Of a stretch of 64,000 bases of DNA, positions 61,547-64,000 are shown one piece after another (within the stretch, counting starts at the first letter, position 1; every line of letters starts with the position of its first letter). The DNA comes from Obrimoposthia wandeli. Its lineage: Eukaryota. Below the pieces are notes generated by a model. The model searched no databases. It was not told where the DNA came from and saw only the letters and a list, made by a program, of their open reading frames with translations. Position numbers and translations under genes: made by a program. Where the stretch lies: assembly GCA_977020255.1 (NCBI GenBank), contig CDROCS010004142.1, forward strand, positions 1-64,000, read 5' to 3'.

Positions 61547-62728
61547 ATGAATATAAACACTAAAAGCCGTAGTGAGTTAAAAACGTTTTTTCGTAAGAAC
61601 AGTATACCCACAGAAAGTAATTTTGCAGATTTTATTGATGGCATGTCAAATGCTAAAGATGATGGTTTAGTTAAGACTCCGGGTAATCCATTAAGCATTG
61701 AAGCGAGTGCGGGTAGCACGCTAGAAATACTTAATCTGTATTTAAATATAGAAGACACTAATCCTATGTTCTCTTTTGCTCTCAACGATGGTTTTAGTAT
61801 TAACGACCACGCGAATAATAGCCGGCTATTCATTGATAAAAGTAGCGGCAATATAGGCATTGGCACAATTAACCCTAAGTTTCCCCTAGATATAGCGGGA
61901 GACATGAGTGCACAAGGCAGCATTGTTCCCTCTTTAGGTGATGGCAGTAATAAAGGGATTGTTTTCCCTAAAATAGGCGTTGATGCCGCAGCTCTTCAAT
62001 ATTACTCCCAAGGTAGAGGCAAAACGGTGCTAGAAATAAGTAACAGCAATGGCATTAATGATCATGTTGCATTAATGGCCAGTGGCAATGTCGGTATAAA
62101 CACCAAAGATCCTAAAGCCAAACTACATATTAATTTTGAAAATAATGTGCAAAAAGCAAAAATTAGCGGCACCTTCATTATTGGTGCCACTAACGCAACA
62201 CATCTAGCGTTTGATCATAATGAAATTATGGCTAAAACCAGTGCCACGAAAGCGGGCACCCTCTTCTTACAAAATGAAGGGGGAGTCGTGCACATTGGCG
62301 GTAGTTTGAAAGTGGCTAGTGGGATAGTTCAGCAAGATTGGCAAAGCGTCAGTTTTGTGAATGGTTGGGTTAATTATCATGGTAGTACATATAACAGAGC
62401 AGGTTATTTTAAGGACAGTCAAGGAATTGTGCATTTAAAAGGTTTAGTTAAAAATGGCAGTAGCACTATCTTTACCTTACCGAATGGTTATAGGCCAAGT
62501 AGGCAAGAGTTATTCAGTGCTATTGCTAATAGTAAAATTGCTAGAGTGGATGTACACAAAAATGGAGCAGTAAAAATGGTTCTAGGCGAAGGTGCATGGC
62601 TAAGTTTAGATGGCCTTAGTTTTAGAGCGGCAGCTCCATCTATTATTGGTCCTATCGGTCCTATTGATCCTGTTGTTCATACCGATCCTGTTATCGGTAT
62701 TGGTGTTTTAAATTCTCGTTTTAGATGA
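61547..62728 (+). CDS. eCIS tail fibre / adhesin (Afp13-like)
   Basis: N-terminal R.ELK.FF....IPTE.NF.D.ID anchor, GNIGIGT..P and GNVGI.T..P repeats, C-terminal W....F.NGW...Y.KD..G.V.L.G domain. Confidence 0.8.
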   Translation: MNINTKSRSELKTFFRKNSIPTESNFADFIDGMSNAKDDGLVKTPGNPLSIEASAGSTLEILNLYLNIEDTNPMFSFALNDGFSINDHANNSRLFIDKSSGNIGIGTINPKFPLDIAGDMSAQGSIVPSLGDGSNKGIVFPKIGVDAAALQYYSQGRGKTVLEISNSNGINDHVALMASGNVGINTKDPKAKLHINFENNVQKAKISGTFIIGATNATHLAFDHNEIMAKTSATKAGTLFLQNEGGVVHIGGSLKVASGIVQQDWQSVSFVNGWVNYHGSTYNRAGYFKDSQGIVHLKGLVKNGSSTIFTLPNGYRPSRQELFSAIANSKIARVDVHKNGAVKMVLGEGAWLSLDGLSFRAAAPSIIGPIGPIDPVVHTDPVIGIGVLNSRFR

Positions 62729-62776
62729 GGATAGTATTGAAAATAATTATATAAAGCGAATCAAAGTTGAGTGCCT

Positions 62777-64000
62777 ATGGAAAATTATCAACATAAAATT
62801 GCCGAATCCAAGTTAGATATCAGTGAAGACTACGCAGCGCTTCGCCAGTTGGGTATTGATTATATCTCTCGCTTGGGCAGTGAACAATGGACAGATTACA
62901 ACAGCCATGATCCGGGCATCACTATTTTAGAGCAAGTGTGTTACGCAATGACTGATTTGGGTTATCGGATGAATCACAGTATGAGCGATCTGCTTGCTCA
63001 AGGAGGCAAAGATCCATATGACAGCTTAATTGATGCGCCGCAAATATTGAGCTCGAACCCTGTCACATTAATGGATTTGCGCAAGTTGATTATCGATATA
63101 AAAGGTGTCAAAAACGCCTGGATAGAACCGGTACTTAGCCCACAGCCCGCACTGTATTTTAATAGAGAAAAGAAACAACTGAAACTCCAACCAGGTGAAG
63201 AGTTAGTGGAGCCTGTCGTGTTACAAGGCCTTTATCAAGTATTAGTTGAGCCTGATAGAGATTTTCAAAATGATTTGTATGCCAGAGTTGCACAAAGGTT
63301 ACATGCGCATCGTAACCTCTGTGAAGATTATAGTGAATTGAGCATACTCACGCCGCAAAAAATACAGTTGCATGCACGCATTGAAATTTCAGCGCAGCAA
63401 GATGCTGAACAATTATTGCAAAATATATTCAGCGCGATTGAAACGTATTTTTCAGCCCCCGTTAATTTTTATAGTTTGAATGAATGTTTACAAAAAGGCC
63501 TGCTGATAGATGATATTTTTAATGGTGTGCAACTTGAACATGGCTTTATTGACACTTTACAATTGCAGCAATTAGAGCGGCGTACGCAGATACGCATCTC
63601 TGATTTGATTCAGATTATTATGGCGGTTGCTGGTGTCAGGACTGTACAACGTATTCGCTTTGAAATAAAAGGTGAAGAAGAATCAGCTATCCCTAATGAT
63701 TGGTTGCTGACCCTTGATCAAGGGGCTTTTTCTCAATTAGATTTACATAATAGTGATTTTATTTTGGTGAAAGAGCAATTACAAATAAGCCTTCCTAAAG
63801 CGGATGTTATCAGTCGTTATCGCCAATTAAAGCGTGAGCAAAAAATAACACAGTCAACACGTAGTAATGTTCCAGAGTTACCCAGTGCGAGAACAAGAAA
63901 TATAGAACAATACACTTCAATAATGCATCAATTCCCCGATGCTTATGGTGTTAACGCCAACGGACTCGCTCAAAGTGAAGGGCGCAAACGCTTAGCTCAA
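62777..64000 (+). CDS. Afp12-like baseplate protein, partial (runs off the window)
   Basis: Open for all 408 codons when read by hand; WTDYN.HDPGITILE..CYA.TDLGYR, RNLCED and HQFP..YG. Confidence 0.93.
   Translation, partial: MENYQHKIAESKLDISEDYAALRQLGIDYISRLGSEQWTDYNSHDPGITILEQVCYAMTDLGYRMNHSMSDLLAQGGKDPYDSLIDAPQILSSNPVTLMDLRKLIIDIKGVKNAWIEPVLSPQPALYFNREKKQLKLQPGEELVEPVVLQGLYQVLVEPDRDFQNDLYARVAQRLHAHRNLCEDYSELSILTPQKIQLHARIEISAQQDAEQLLQNIFSAIETYFSAPVNFYSLNECLQKGLLIDDIFNGVQLEHGFIDTLQLQQLERRTQIRISDLIQIIMAVAGVRTVQRIRFEIKGEEESAIPNDWLLTLDQGAFSQLDLHNSDFILVKEQLQISLPKADVISRYRQLKREQKITQSTRSNVPELPSARTRNIEQYTSIMHQFPDAYGVNANGLAQSEGRKRLAQ

Larger units (their letters stand above)
48812..64000 (+). other. 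Extracellular contractile injection system (eCIS) locus, 5' part
   Basis: Collinear cap, adaptor, sheath, tubes, Afp6, LysM, VgrG, gp25, Afp11, fibre and Afp12; no capsid, terminase or T6SS membrane-complex genes in view. Confidence 0.95.

Noticed and set aside
15905-61923. Many 60-130 aa ORFs antisense to or inside long genes (for example 24100, 26047, 31218, 36129, 44424, 54655, 61531)
   Set aside because: Shadow ORFs of well-supported genes, with no independent signals.
48812-64000. T6SS or prophage tail interpretation
   Set aside because: No TssJLM, TssK or ClpV and no head, portal or terminase genes; DUF4255, Afp6, LysM-Afp7 and Afp11/12 are eCIS-specific.

Overview
AT-rich window that looks like a marine gammaproteobacterium (taxonomy is inference only). 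It has three parts. (1) About 1-14.7 kb is a decayed accessory/defence hotspot: parDE, a broken SRA-HNH nuclease, a remnant REP-associated tyrosine transposase (RAYT) with six dispersed copies of a roughly 25-bp REP-like motif, attC-type integron cassettes without an integrase (HEPN-motif and GIY-YIG-motif cargo), an AbiE-type toxin-antitoxin pair, two copies of a modular CATCC/GGATG repeat element, and two decayed copies of the 3' end of the adjacent ABC-transporter gene that look like integration scars. (2) About 14.7-48.3 kb holds transport, signalling and metabolic genes: a heterodimeric ABC exporter, c-di-GMP enzymes, a BCCT transporter, a 4xPAS chemoreceptor-CheR-CheD-triple CheW cassette with no CheA, a MarR-controlled redox/metal module, and aldolase/DapA/MocR genes. 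Many of these are frameshifted or internally deleted. (3) 48.8-64 kb is the uninterrupted first part of an extracellular contractile injection system (eCIS, Afp/PVC-like) that runs off the right edge. Its Afp11-like baseplate protein carries an unusual insert of about 425 aa with four W-anchored repeats spaced 92-99 aa apart. All family assignments come from motif recognition by eye; no database search was run.
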